A program made the position numbers and the translations under genes. A stretch of 63,892 nt of DNA, filler included, from Aduncisulcus paluster (lineage: Eukaryota), in NCBI GenBank assembly GCA_024181965.1. It is 3 parts of 3 records of this genome, joined end to end, with 100 filler letters (N's around TTAATTAATTAA, not from the genome) between each part and the next. Parts side by side here need not be neighbours in the genome. Positions count along the whole stretch, not along the records: positions 1 to 29,466 come from BQXS01012693.1; positions 29,567 to 58,109 come from BQXS01012695.1; 1 more part is not named here. The stretch is one strand, 5' to 3'. The notes beneath the pieces are model-generated. The model did not search any database and was not told the origin of the DNA. It saw only the letters and a program-made list of their open reading frames with translations. Of this stretch, positions 21,961-33,552 are shown in pieces. The stretch's first letter is position 1, and every line of letters begins with the position of its first letter.

Positions 21961-23641
21961 ATGGCTGACGTTAAACAGGCAGAAAAATTTCTTAAATCTG
22001 CCGAAAAGGCGTATGTTATTCTTTTTCTTCTTGGTTTCCCCCCCATAAATTGACAACAGAATCCGACCTTTATTTACGAAAAAAATCAATCTCGCTATAT
22101 ATATTTTTTATCTTTTTATCCATGAAGAATGAAAACAGGAATATTTAAGAAGGCTCATCCTGAAGAAGCCGCCAATTATTACGAAAAGGCTGCAAGAATC
22201 TATAAAGGACTCCGTCAATTCGACAAAGTAGCATTATATTATGAAAAGGCTGCTGAATGTCTTGATAAGGTTGATCTTTCAAAAGGAGCAGGACGTGCCT
22301 ACAAGCAGGCTGCCGATCTTTACATTACAAAACTCGAAAAAGCTGACAAAGCCCATGATTTGGTTATTTTGTGTTGTGAGAGGTTGGTAGAAGGTGGAGA
22401 TATTGCTGCTGCCGCTGATTACTGTAAGAATATCGGACAAAAGCTAATGCAAGCTGATAATATGAAAGGATTCCATTTAGCTCGAAAATCTGCCGAGTAT
22501 TATGAGTTAAATGAACGTCCTATATATGCCATTAATCCTGTTTCCGATGCATGTGATTTTTTGATGGTCAAAGGGATGCTTCCTGATGCTATCGAGGAAT
22601 TGGAGCATTTGATTCGTCTTTATGAGGAAGTTAAACAGGAACGTAACCTTGATGGTGTTAATCTTGTGCGAGTAATCGTCCATCTCATGCAGAATGATAT
22701 TGTGGCTGCCGAGAATGTTTTTTTCAACTTCTACCAACATTCTTCCGACGAAGCCGAAGCTGCAGAATTGCTCATTAAAGCTTACAAGGAAAGGGACGAA
22801 GATTTGCTTAAGGAAGCCAAGAAGCATAGTGCTTTCCGGTTCGTATTCTATGGAGCGAGACAACTTCTTGAAAAAATGCATATTGGGTCCACAAGGAGAA
22901 GGAAAGAGGCCTTGGGTTTGGAGGAAGAAGGAGGTATTACTCCTTTGGTAGCTGCTCAAATGGCTCAAAAAGAGAGAAAGGAGAAACGGAGAAAGAAAGA
23001 GCAAAAACCAATTGTTGTCGAAATTGAAGAAGAGAAGGAAGAGAAGGAAGAGAAGGAAGAAGAAGAAGGAGAGAGAAAGGAAGAGAAGGAAGAAGAAGAA
23101 GGAGAGAGAAAGGAAGAGAAGGAAGAAGAAAAAGAAGAAAAGAAGGAAGAAAGTGAAGAAAAGAAGGAAGAAAGTGAAGAAAAGAAAGAAGAAAAAGAAG
23201 AGAAGATAGAAGAAGAGGAGACAAAAAGGAGTGTTACATCTAAAAAACCTCTCNNNNNNNNNNNNNNNNNNNNTGGTAGCTGCTCAAATGGCTCAAAAAG
23301 AGAGAAAGGAGAAACGGAGAAAGAAAGAGCAAAAACCAATTGTTGTCGAAATTGAAGAAGAGAAGGAAGAGAAGGAAGAGAAGGAAGAAGAAGAAGGAGA
23401 GAGAAAGGAAGAGAAGGAAGAAGAAGAAGGAGAGAGAAAGGAAGAGAAGGAAGAAGAAAAAGAAGAAAAGAAGGAAGAAAGTGAAGAAAAGAAGGAAGAA
23501 AGTGAAGAAAAGAAAGAAGAAAAAGAAGAGAAGATAGAAGAAGAGGAGACAAAAAGGAGTGTTACATCTAAAAAACCTCTCGATCAAAAGAACCTCTCGG
23601 AAGAAGACTCTTATGAGGGCAGTGATGATTCTGTTTGTTAA
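21961..23641 (+). CDS. NAPG: Gamma-SNAP (NSF attachment protein), 2 exons (21961-22010, 22128-); acidic tail duplicated across the gap at 23254-23273
   Basis: MADVKQAEKFLKSAEKA-MKTGIFKKAHPEEAANYYEKAA resembles the gamma-SNAP N-terminus; GC|GTATGT intron 22011-22127; TPR-like helices. Confidence 0.8.
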
Positions 23642-23926
23642 TCCAAATTGAGTTTGAGCGTCAACGTGGCTATTTTGAAAATAGTATTTTCAGACTGAAA
23701 ATTTTTCAGTCATTTTGAGTCAGAATATCAAAAAGTTTGGAATAAATCTCAATTTAGGACGTGTCAACCAATATGGTGTGATGCTACCGGCATTACCGGC
23801 TAGCAACCGGCAGGTTTCAACATTTATATAAATTAACTAGTCATCCTTTTATAGGATCCCAAATGTTTTACTAATTTCAAAATAATGGTTCATATCCAAT
23901 GAAAAAAGGTCATAATAATCACCAAA

Positions 23927-25270
23927 TTAGTGATGTTTTACGATATAACTTCCACTTCTTGAGGTATATCTAAGATAAGACTGGGTTTCGTACCCACTCT
24001 TCTCGACAATCTTCAGGAATCTGATCTGGAGACCACTCACTGTGAAATATGGGATAATAAATGAGACCTCGATGGGTTTGCGTATGCTTGTTCCTTCTCC
24101 AATGGTGCCAATCTCCTCTTCTTCACGAACAGAAGGGAGAGAATACTCGATACGACACGTGGCATCGCTACCTCCTTCAATTTGCTTAAGAGTCCACCGT
24201 ATAATGCTCTTATCAGGAACATACATGCAAGAACCGACACTGGGATGCATCGTAGGGGAGAAGGTATCCAGGGGAACAGGGATGGAAACAACAACGACCT
24301 GAGCAACGCTTCTTGACTTGAACAACGTTCGTAACTGAACCGCAACCTCTTCTCGAGTACTCGATATCTTATTTGTATGCGCATTCACACTGACTATGGC
24401 CTTAGGCAAGGGAGTGGCATAACGATATGTCATGAGTTGAAATTCCTTGTCTGGGGGAATAAATGAAATGGACTTTCCTGAACTCCTAAGAGAAGACTCC
24501 CTAACACATTGGTGGAAGGAAACGTCTTCAAGATCAACGGTTCGGTCACTCCCCTTACCGCTTTTACGGGTACCAACACTGGAATGACTCTCAGCGTCAG
24601 AAGAAGAGAGATTGATGAAACGAACACGATCATTTAATCCAAGTTTTAACTCTGGCATTCCAGTTAACGCAGTATTCATCATGATTTGACCTCTGACATC
24701 ACTAGAAATGATACTACCATCGGCAGATATACTCATATCAACCTTTTCAATAACATCAACGTGACAAACATTCTTACCGTATCGTATTCCCTCGGGCCTC
24801 CAAGAAACAGCCCCAGTAACGGCCACAGGGGCAACCTTTTGTTCAACGGAAACAGCATCATGCATAATATACTCCTTAAGAACACTAGCTTCCGTAATTT
24901 GAGGGAGTCCCATGTCTAATGTCTCATCAATAAGCTCGTATATAATAACAAAATTATCATTTATGGATTCTTCGGAGATAAAGCCAAAATAGGATTTAAG
25001 AACTTTAGAAAAGTTGTAAAGGAATGAAACAAGCAGTGAAGCATTCTCTCCATCTCTTGTAACAATCAGAAAATAGAGTCCTGAGATTTTAATATAGACA
25101 TAAGTAATACCCATTTCATGGAAGATAGGCTTCACCAAAAGTTCATCTTCTTCCTCTAAAACCCGTCTAATAAAAACTAAACGGCAAGCTGAGGGAACAT
25201 CTCCTCTAAAATCCCTGTGAATCAGAGTTCTTCCCTTGTAATCCAAGATATAAATAGCACTCGCTGACAT
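23927..25270 (-). CDS. AP1M: Adaptor complex medium (mu) subunit, AP-1 type
   Basis: MSASAIYILDYKG, DNFVIIYELIDE, VSWRPEGIRY, GMPELKLGLND, FHQCV, IPYFTVSGLQIRFLKIVEKSGY. Confidence 0.93.
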   Translation of the reverse strand: MSASAIYILDYKGRTLIHRDFRGDVPSACRLVFIRRVLEEEDELLVKPIFHEMGITYVYIKISGLYFLIVTRDGENASLLVSFLYNFSKVLKSYFGFISEESINDNFVIIYELIDETLDMGLPQITEASVLKEYIMHDAVSVEQKVAPVAVTGAVSWRPEGIRYGKNVCHVDVIEKVDMSISADGSIISSDVRGQIMMNTALTGMPELKLGLNDRVRFINLSSSDAESHSSVGTRKSGKGSDRTVDLEDVSFHQCVRESSLRSSGKSISFIPPDKEFQLMTYRYATPLPKAIVSVNAHTNKISSTREEVAVQLRTLFKSRSVAQVVVVSIPVPLDTFSPTMHPSVGSCMYVPDKSIIRWTLKQIEGGSDATCRIEYSLPSVREEEEIGTIGEGTSIRKPIEVSFIIPYFTVSGLQIRFLKIVEKSGYETQSYLRYTSRSGSYIVKHH

Positions 25271-25658
25271 TCTTGTTAAATATTTTTTTACGACAAATTA
25301 GACGAAGAATTATCGCAAAAATGTAATATGGTTGCTAAGGTGGAGCAAATGACATCGACCAAAAATTGTATTGATAATTCAAGTAAACTAAATAAAATTG
25401 ATGATCCATCGTCATAAAAGGCATAATAATACATTATAAATCATTATTTATTGATTATTTTCCTCTAGAATACCTATATGATTACTTTAGAATAATAAAT
25501 TTCTGCATCCAGTAATACTCCTATTCGGAGTATAAGATTTTATAATTATTTTAAAAGATCTCTCAAGATGTCGATTTTTTTGGAAGCATTGTTCATTGAA
25601 CCAATATACAAGATCATCCCTCAGGAGGACCTCATCTTCCCGTTTGGTTCGTTCCAAC

Positions 25659-26943
25659 ATGGTAAACTATTTAGAATTACTCGACAAAGCAACTCGCAAA
25701 GATCAAATTCCCCATGCCGATTTTAAATCACTTTGTTACAAGGTATGTTTTTCTTTTTGACTCCTCTCCTTTGATATTGAGATTATGGCTTATATTTCAC
25801 TTTTTTTTCACCTCATATTAATTCTAACGAATTTTTTTCAAAGGCAATTGAAATTTTGGGAGAAGAATGTAATGTTATTACAGTGCCAGCACCCACATGT
25901 ATTGTTGGCGATATCCATGGACAATTTTACGATTTAAAACGTTTATTTGAGATTTCTGGAGGCTGTCCAAGGAGCTCTTATGTTTTCCTTGGTGATTTTG
26001 TTGACCGTGGATATTACTCCTTAGAAGTTGTTACTTTGCTCTTATGTCTTAAGGTTTTGTATCCTTCTCGTATATTTCTTATTCGTGGAAACCATGAGTG
26101 CAGAATGACAACTCATACTTATGGATTTTATGAAGAATGTGTGCGTAAACATGGTTCTCCCGATATCTGGAGGGCTATCATGCAAGTCTTCGATCATTTT
26201 CCAATTGCTGCCATTGTAGACTCTTCTATCCTGTGTGTTCATGGAGGTCCATCTCCAAAAGCTGAATGTATCGATGATATTCGCATTATCAATAGAGCTA
26301 AAGAAATCCCTTCTGATGGAACATTTGCCGATCTTGTTTGGTCTGATCCTTCAACTTCTATTATGGAATACCAAAGATCTCCTCGTGGAGCTGGGTATCA
26401 TTTTGGAAAAGATGCTGTTCGTCGTTTCTTGTATACAAATGATATCACTCTGATCGCTCGAGCTCACCAGCTCATGTACAGAGGATTTGCCTACCATTTN
26501 NNNNNNNNNNNNNNNNNNNATCTCCAAAAGCTGAATGTATCGATGATATTCGCATTATCAATAGAGCTAAAGAAATCCCTTCTGATGGAACATTTGCCGA
26601 TCTTGTTTGGTCTGATCCTTCAACTTCTATTATGGAATACCAAAGATCTCCTCGTGGAGCTGGGTATCATTTTGGAAAAGATGCTGTTCGTCGTTTCTTG
26701 TATACAAATGATATCACTCTGATCGCTCGAGCTCACCAGCTCATGTACAGAGGATTTGCCTACCATTTCCCAGAACACTCTGTTGTTACAGTGTGGAGTG
26801 CACCAAATTACACATATAGGTGTGAAAATTATGCCGCTGTTATGCGTGTCAATGAAGACCAGACACATTCCTTTGTACAATTTGCTGCTATGGAGGAATC
26901 TGGACGGAAGCGGCCTAAAAATGTTTCATATCCAATGTTCTAA
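25659..26943 (+). CDS. PP2A-family (PP4/PP6-like) Ser/Thr phosphatase catalytic subunit, 2 exons (25659-25742, 25844-); about 250 bp duplicated across the gap at 26500-26519
   Basis: GDIHGQ, GDFVDRG, RGNHE, DLVWSDP, RAHQ, VTVWSAPNY; AAG|GTATGT intron 25743-25843 with CTAAC branch point. Confidence 0.92.
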
Positions 26944-27404
26944 GTTAATATTAAGTTTTATACAAAAAATAAAAAGAAAATGAGAACCCATTTCGAATTC
27001 TTTCTGTTTTGATGTATTTTGGAGAATATTGCCTGAAAATTTCTTCGTAATATATTGAAATATTATAATGTGGAAATAATTTGTTCATATATAAATGCCA
27101 ATAAGCCAGAAACACTCAAATCTTTCGTCCTATTTTAGATTCGGAGAATTCCAATTATTGTATACTATATTATGTGTATTTTTACAGATTTATTAAGAAA
27201 AGCACCTGTCTAAATTTTCAATATTGAGTGTACACCCACAGACTGATAGTATCAGAGAATATTTTGCTCCTTTTGCAACACAGTATTGGATAGATCGAGG
27301 CAATTCGAACAAAATTAAGAGGTGTCTTTTTGATACTAACAAGTAGTACTTTTTGATTTATTCATGGAAACAATGATGAAATTGTAAAAAACAGACTTAA
27401 GGAA

Positions 27405-29466
27405 CTAAGGATCTGAAATTTCAGTAAGTTCAGCAGCTACAACTTCAGAAGTTCCATCTCCAACCATATCCATGATTTCACCAACTCCAAAAATAGTAGT
27501 ATTTCCATTGTCGAGAACGAAACATGTACAAAGCTGTAAATAATGTACGCCTGACTCCTTTGTAGTGGCATAAAATGATTGTCCAGTGTATTGACAGTAT
27601 AATGAGGCATCCACGTTTGGTGAATCACTGAGAGAATCACATGGATATTCCGGAGAGGGAGAAGTGGGGAATTGAACGACATCAATTCCTAACATTGCTG
27701 GAACAGTTGATTCTCTTCTCGTCAACTGAACACCATTCGTTTCAATTTGAAGCAGATTGGATTCCACTCCTGTTTTTGAAACAGATTCTGACCCAATAAA
27801 ATGCTTAATATCAGAGGAATAAGTCGATCCATAATCAGAATCATATCCAATTCCGATGCGACCCTCAAATAGTGTATTTCCGATCGTATGAAGCATTTTG
27901 ATATCTGTTCCGGAAGAATCATAGAGACCATCAGCAACAAACATCATTGAATATGAATCATCAAAGTTAGGGGTCTCTTGAACGGACATATAGCTTCCAA
28001 AAATTAATCGGGACAACCCAAGCTCAAAGAAATCAACATTGTAGACAATAATATCTTCCATATCCAGTCCAGTATGCTCTAACGCGCGAAACTCTGATTG
28101 ATTCGACATAATTGTCGCATAAAGACCCAATCGGAGGACAAGAAACTTCCCAAAATAGGAGCCAATTCCAGCTTGTCCAAGGTATTCAAATTCATTCAGG
28201 GCATCACTCAAGTCAATATCTAACATTCTTTCCCCAAAATACAGAAAGGTGATATCTGGTGTATCAGTTTCCTCTTGGAATAGCAAACCATTTTTAATGG
28301 TACCCAAATAATTCTCAGTATTTGTTAAACAAAATAGAGACACAAAACTAGATTCGGTCACAGACTGTATTTCTTCAGAATATGTACCCGAAGTCCATGT
28401 CGAAGTCGATGTAAAAGGTGTCTTTCCACTTTTCACAAATATTTGAGAAACGGCAACAGCTGATCCGTATTTAAGTCCAACTCCATTAAGATCCATAACT
28501 CCAATGGTAGTTCCACCAGTTTCTTCATTCACGGTTTTTGCATCGTCTAAATGATTTCCTAGCAGTACCACATAGTCAACCTCAAGGTGAGTATCAGCAG
28601 ACTTGATCCTCCAGCCACCGTCTTTTTGCGCGGCATTTAATGTAAGATCTTCTGAAGTAACTCCATTTCCAATATGAGTTGCATAATCAATTGTATCAAT
28701 CAACCCCAATGCTAAGAGAGTTTTTCGTTCACCAATGGTAGACAAAATTGACACAAACTTAGAAGAAGCCATAAATCCGTCATTGACCCCATTGTATTTC
28801 AGAGTCGCAGGATCAAATCTATCTGTTCCATCTGATGAAGAAATTGATTCATAGTTCCAAACACCACCTGACACTAGGTCCTTCATATACACATAGGATT
28901 CTCCATCAAATGTTGTTTTTTGTATGTAAAGATCTTTGGCAGTTACAGATTCATCGGTAATCCATGTTGAATAATAATCCGAATCAGCGGGATTTTCAAA
29001 ATATAAAGTAGCATCACTTTGAAGAACCGCTTCAGTATGGTCAACACCACCATCAATGAGGGTCAAAGTAGCTGCTGGAAGGATATCCGAGCTATCCGCA
29101 ATAACAAGCTTATCAACAATGGTCATTGGAACAGTCGACTCCAATGTGCTTGATGCGGAAGAATATGACAACGCCGCAGAATCAATGTTTATAGTAGAAC
29201 CACTTAAACTATCACCACTAATGGCTCCAGTAGAAGTGATGGTACCGTTGACATATAGATTATTATCCTCAAGATAAAGCCCCTTTGTATCATCAATTGA
29301 CACTGTGGCAGAAGAATTAGAATTTGTAAAATATACGACAGGCGTGATTACTTTTGTTTCAGTCGATATACTACCATCGACAAATAAGGTCTCGGAGGCA
29401 CTGACACTTAACTCCACGGAATTCGTTGAATCATCTAAAGTCAAGCTTGATGTCAGGATGGGCAAT
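27405..29466 (-). CDS. Large beta-rich, acidic, S/T-rich protein, 5'-truncated at the contig end
   Basis: 686-codon open frame running into the spacer; no recognisable enzyme motif. Confidence 0.75.
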
Positions 29467-29566
29467 NNNNNNNNNNNNNNNNNNNNNNNNNNNNNNNNNN
29501 NNNNNNNNNNTTAATTAATTAANNNNNNNNNNNNNNNNNNNNNNNNNNNNNNNNNNNNNNNNNNNN
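29467..29566. other. Artificial contig spacer N44-TTAATTAATTAA-N44
   Basis: 100-bp N run containing a palindrome with stops in all six frames. Confidence 0.97.
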
Positions 29567-29750
29567 ACTCCTCGTTCGTGTGTATCTTGTAGGTTATCGT
29601 TGTTTGTTGTAGATAGTTGGAATATCTTTGTTTTTCTAGGTGATACTAGCACTTCTATAGTCTCTATATATCCTCTGCTCATGCTCTTTCCACACGCTTC
29701 CCTGAGATTATGATCCTATGAGCTCTCTTCTTACGTCACCTACACCTTTG

Positions 29751-29801
29751 AGTGTCACACTATCTTCAATGTCACACTATCTTCAGTGTCACACTATCTT
29801 T
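29751..29801. repeat. 17-bp tandem repeat x3 (ARTGTCACACTATCTTC)
   Basis: Read directly from the sequence. Confidence 0.9.
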
Positions 29802-30262
29802 CTAAACTACGCTAAGAGATCCACTCCTAGACATAAAATCGTTTCATCAGTCCCGAGTTTTGTTTACATATTGGATTATAAAGTGACAAAATATGCTGAT
29901 AAGTTGCAGTTGAAATCTATGAATATTGTGAATATATCATCGACTTATTGGCAGAGAAGCTACTAGCTTCTGGTTTTCTTCAGTTTGGGGTTTTCAAAGT
30001 CGTTCTCACATTCTTCTCTGCTTGCTCGATTGATAAAAACTAATTCAGTTTATTATTTGTTTATTGTTTGTTTTGGTTTTGTTATGGTTTGGTTTGTTAT
30101 GTTTTACTTTTGTTTTACTTTTGTCTTACTTTTTGATTCCTTACCAACATGCCTTAGAAAGGGAACTTAACAAATTCAACTTCACAAACTCTATCTTCAA
30201 AATGCTTTGTTAGTAGTCTGAAGTCTATAAGAACCAAATCCATTTTATTTATTTATTCATTT

Positions 30263-30323
30263 CCATGTTTTTATTTGTTCCCATGTTTTTATTTATTTCC
30301 ATGTTTTTATTTGTTCCCATGTT
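30263..30323. repeat. 18-bp tandem repeat x3.4 (CCATGTTTTTATTTRTTY)
   Basis: Read directly from the sequence. Confidence 0.9.
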
Positions 30324-31327
30324 CCCCCCCTTTCTGTCCAACTCTTAATGCATATCATATATGATAGTATCATGCATGCTTGGAATGTTGTTCTCGATAT
30401 TGATGTGTTCATGGTCTCAATTGGTGTGCATTTCCATGTAAGAGCTAATACTGTCTTGTTCGAGTCATCGGTGGTTCCACAACCCATCCAAAGTGATCAT
30501 AAACTAAATTGGTTGGCTTGTGCATAAGGTCTTGTTGGATCTATGATAAGATGTTAAACAGAATCCCATGGATATCTCGAATAACTACAGACTCATATTG
30601 TCTCCCCAATGCTCTACCGTTGGTTGATTACAAGTTAATCGATTCTTTATTGGTGCCCATGGTTGAGAAGAAACGGATGGATCCAACGAGTCTCAAAGCA
30701 ATGCAGTAGTAAGGCATGCCCCTGTTCTTGATCTTGTTGATGAAGGATGTTGTTGTTGTCCGGCTGCCCTCTCCTCAAGTCGACGCAATTCAATAACGTT
30801 AGAACGAACAAGCTCTGTGAATTCGTGTTCACTAACAAAACGAAGGATCTCATCAACATCCACTGCCACAGTCTCATATCCATCGTCTTGGTTGTTTTGC
30901 CAATCGTCACGAAGTCGATTTGTTGAGCTGAGGGACCAGTATGACGAGTTTATGGGGCTGTGGTTGGGGTGGGAAACAGCATGAGAAGATCCCTGGAATA
31001 GAGAGGCTAAAAGTTGCGAATTTTTTACTGTAAATTGCCCTTTTATAAAATTTCCGTGATCATTCAAAATTTTTGGAACAAATCGATATATATATAGGAA
31101 CATCTGAACATGAAGTATCTATGCCATGATGATGTTAAACAGAATCCTTGTTATTTTTCCATTGTAATCTATGAATTTCATCTCAATGATAATAATTATC
31201 CAATGTCAAGAATCTAGAGTATCTTAGACAATTTGTCAAAAGTGATGAATTCATAACTATATATTCCGACATTTGCCATTATGTAATTCGGTATCTTATG
31301 CTTTGATCAACATTAAAATCTTAATCA

Positions 31328-32266
31328 ATGTCTATTGATTTCGCCCCAGCTGCGTGTACTGTGCTTAACAATAGTGCAGAGTTCAGTTGTCCAGCTGACA
31401 GCGATCAACTTGTTAAATGGAGAACAATGGCGAACAGTATTTATATTCCATTTGATGAGGATAGACAGCTTCATCCAGAGTATGAAGGCTGGGACTTTGA
31501 TGACCCTCCACATTTGATAAACCAAGACGACGCATGTTTGTTATCATATCCCTTGAGATACCCGATGACTGATGACGTCTTAATCAATGATCTTGACTAT
31601 TGGACATCTGTTACTAACCCCGATGGATATTTCACTGGTGATTACTACTATGGCGTGTCATATGCAATTGTGAATGAAGATGACAAGCGAGATGAAAAGT
31701 TCCAGAAATCGTTTGTTCATTTCACTGAGCCTTTTGGGGTATTCACAGAAAAGGCTGAGACATTGGGGCATACAACTTTCCTCACTGGAAATGGAGGATA
31801 TCTTCAAATGGTCATGAATGGTTATTTTGGAATTCAAAGCACAAATACAACTTTTATCCTTGATATCAACCAATCTCCGGCTCCCATATGGTCATCGGAA
31901 GCATCATCTGTGTCTTCATCACCAGATGCTAACAACACCACGAAAAATGACACCGATGCTGATTATGTCAAGGATGGTGGTGGTTCTAAAAATAGAACAG
32001 AGTCGACTACTGTTGTCTCTCCTTTATTCGGTGATAGTGGGACAGTGACAAAGGCCACGTTATCGCATGTGTCTTGGCATTCAGTGTCAATGACTATTAA
32101 AGCCAACTTTGAGGATCAGGTTGTTAGGCTTTCTATGGATAATGACGAAGATACACACAAACTAATCGCTTGCTCATCTTCAAATGGATGTGAACAACTG
32201 GAGGCTGGGAAAGATGCACAATTTGAATTGGATACAATAACAATCATAAAATATCGTGATAAATAA
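31328..32266 (+). pseudogene. C-terminal fragment of a GH65 glycoside hydrolase (ATHL1/PGGHG/acid-trehalase-like)
   Basis: HPEYEG..., INQDDACLLSYPL, NDLDYW, EPFGVFTE...TFLTGNGGYLQMVMNGYFG; the N-terminal domain and first part of the catalytic barrel are absent. Confidence 0.75.
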
Positions 32267-33219
32267 TAAATATATTTTTTAAAATTTAGAAAACAACTAA
32301 ATTGGAAATGTTTTTTGAAAGTGAGCAAGATTGGGGTAAATTGAAGGGAAATATTTCTGAAATAGCGAAATAAACATCAATAATCAACAAAAATGTATTT
32401 AGCAAGAGAGAATTAACTTTGTTTTAACGTTATCACTAATTTGCTCTTTTTTGGCTATACTAAGAAGATATTTTGGGAATTTTCAGTTATAAAAGGAGTT
32501 TTCTTGTATTTGTAGTATTATTAATATTTATATTTATCACAAAAATTTATGGAAAGAGACCTTTTTGAACCGACATTTGATTCTAGCATATAAACGAGAG
32601 CAAATAAGAAATAATTATTGAATATGATATATCATGAACGATATTAAAACGTTTTAATGCATGAAGTTAAATGAAATAGAGGTCTAGAGCTCTGGGAAAG
32701 AAATGGATGTGAACAACTGGAGGCTGGGAAAGATGCACAATTTGAATTGGATACAATAACAATCATAAAATATCGTGATAAATAATAAATATATTTTTTA
32801 AAATTTAGAAAACAACTAAATTGGAAATGTTTTTTGAAAGTGAGCAAGATTGGGGTAAATTGAAGGGAAATATTTCTGAAATAGCGAAATAAACATCAAT
32901 AATCAACAAAAATGTATTTAGCAAGAGAGAATTAACTTTGTTTTAACGTTATCACTAATTTGCTCTTTTTTGGCTATACTAAGAAGATATTTTGGGAATT
33001 TTCAGTTATAAAAGGAGTTTTCTTGTATTTGTAGTATTATTAATATTTATATTTATCACAAAAATTTATGGAAAGAGACCTTTTTGAACCGACATTTGAT
33101 TCTAGCATATAAACGAGAGCAAATAAGAAATAATTATTGAATATGATATATCATGAACGATATTAAAACGTTTTAATGCATGAAGTTAAATGAAATAGAG
33201 GTCTAGAGCTCTGGGAAAG
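32182..33219. repeat. 519-bp perfect tandem duplication (32182-32700 / 32701-33219)
   Basis: Both copies begin AAATGGATGTGAAC and end CTGGGAAAG; no N gap between them. Confidence 0.9.
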
Positions 33220-33552
33220 ATTTCTCGGTGAGAAATAATCTTTTGATCAGAAGTTCTTTAGGTCTTTATTTTAAGTGTTCTTTTGATAACAGATCATATA
33301 TTCTCTCGACTATTTTATCTTGTAGAGTGAATAATATCAATATTTTTTGTTGTATGTTCAGTTTAATTTTTATTGTAGATCTATTGTTCCACGATTTGTG
33401 TATCTCAAGTTAGGCTTACTGGTATTGGTTAATTCTCTTGTTTTTTTATTTTGTTAAATACATTCATTATATTTTTTCATGTATTTTACCAGATCTTACG
33501 AAATTCTTGAAGTATTTATACAAAAATTTCAACCAAATTTTATATCTAGTCA

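Larger units (their letters stand above)
29567..31150 (-). mobile_element. Possible degenerate LTR-retroelement 3' end / repeat-rich relic
   Basis: Polypurine tract AGAAAGGGGGGGAA on minus strand (30335-30322) followed by 18-bp tandem repeats; 17-bp x3 repeat further on; broken ORFs upstream; no RT/IN motif seen. Confidence 0.3.

Noticed and set aside
29467..29566. TTAATTAATTAA as a biological site (PacI/piggyBac-like)
   Set aside because: Centred in a 100-bp N spacer and repeated identically at 58110; artificial linker, so synteny across it is meaningless
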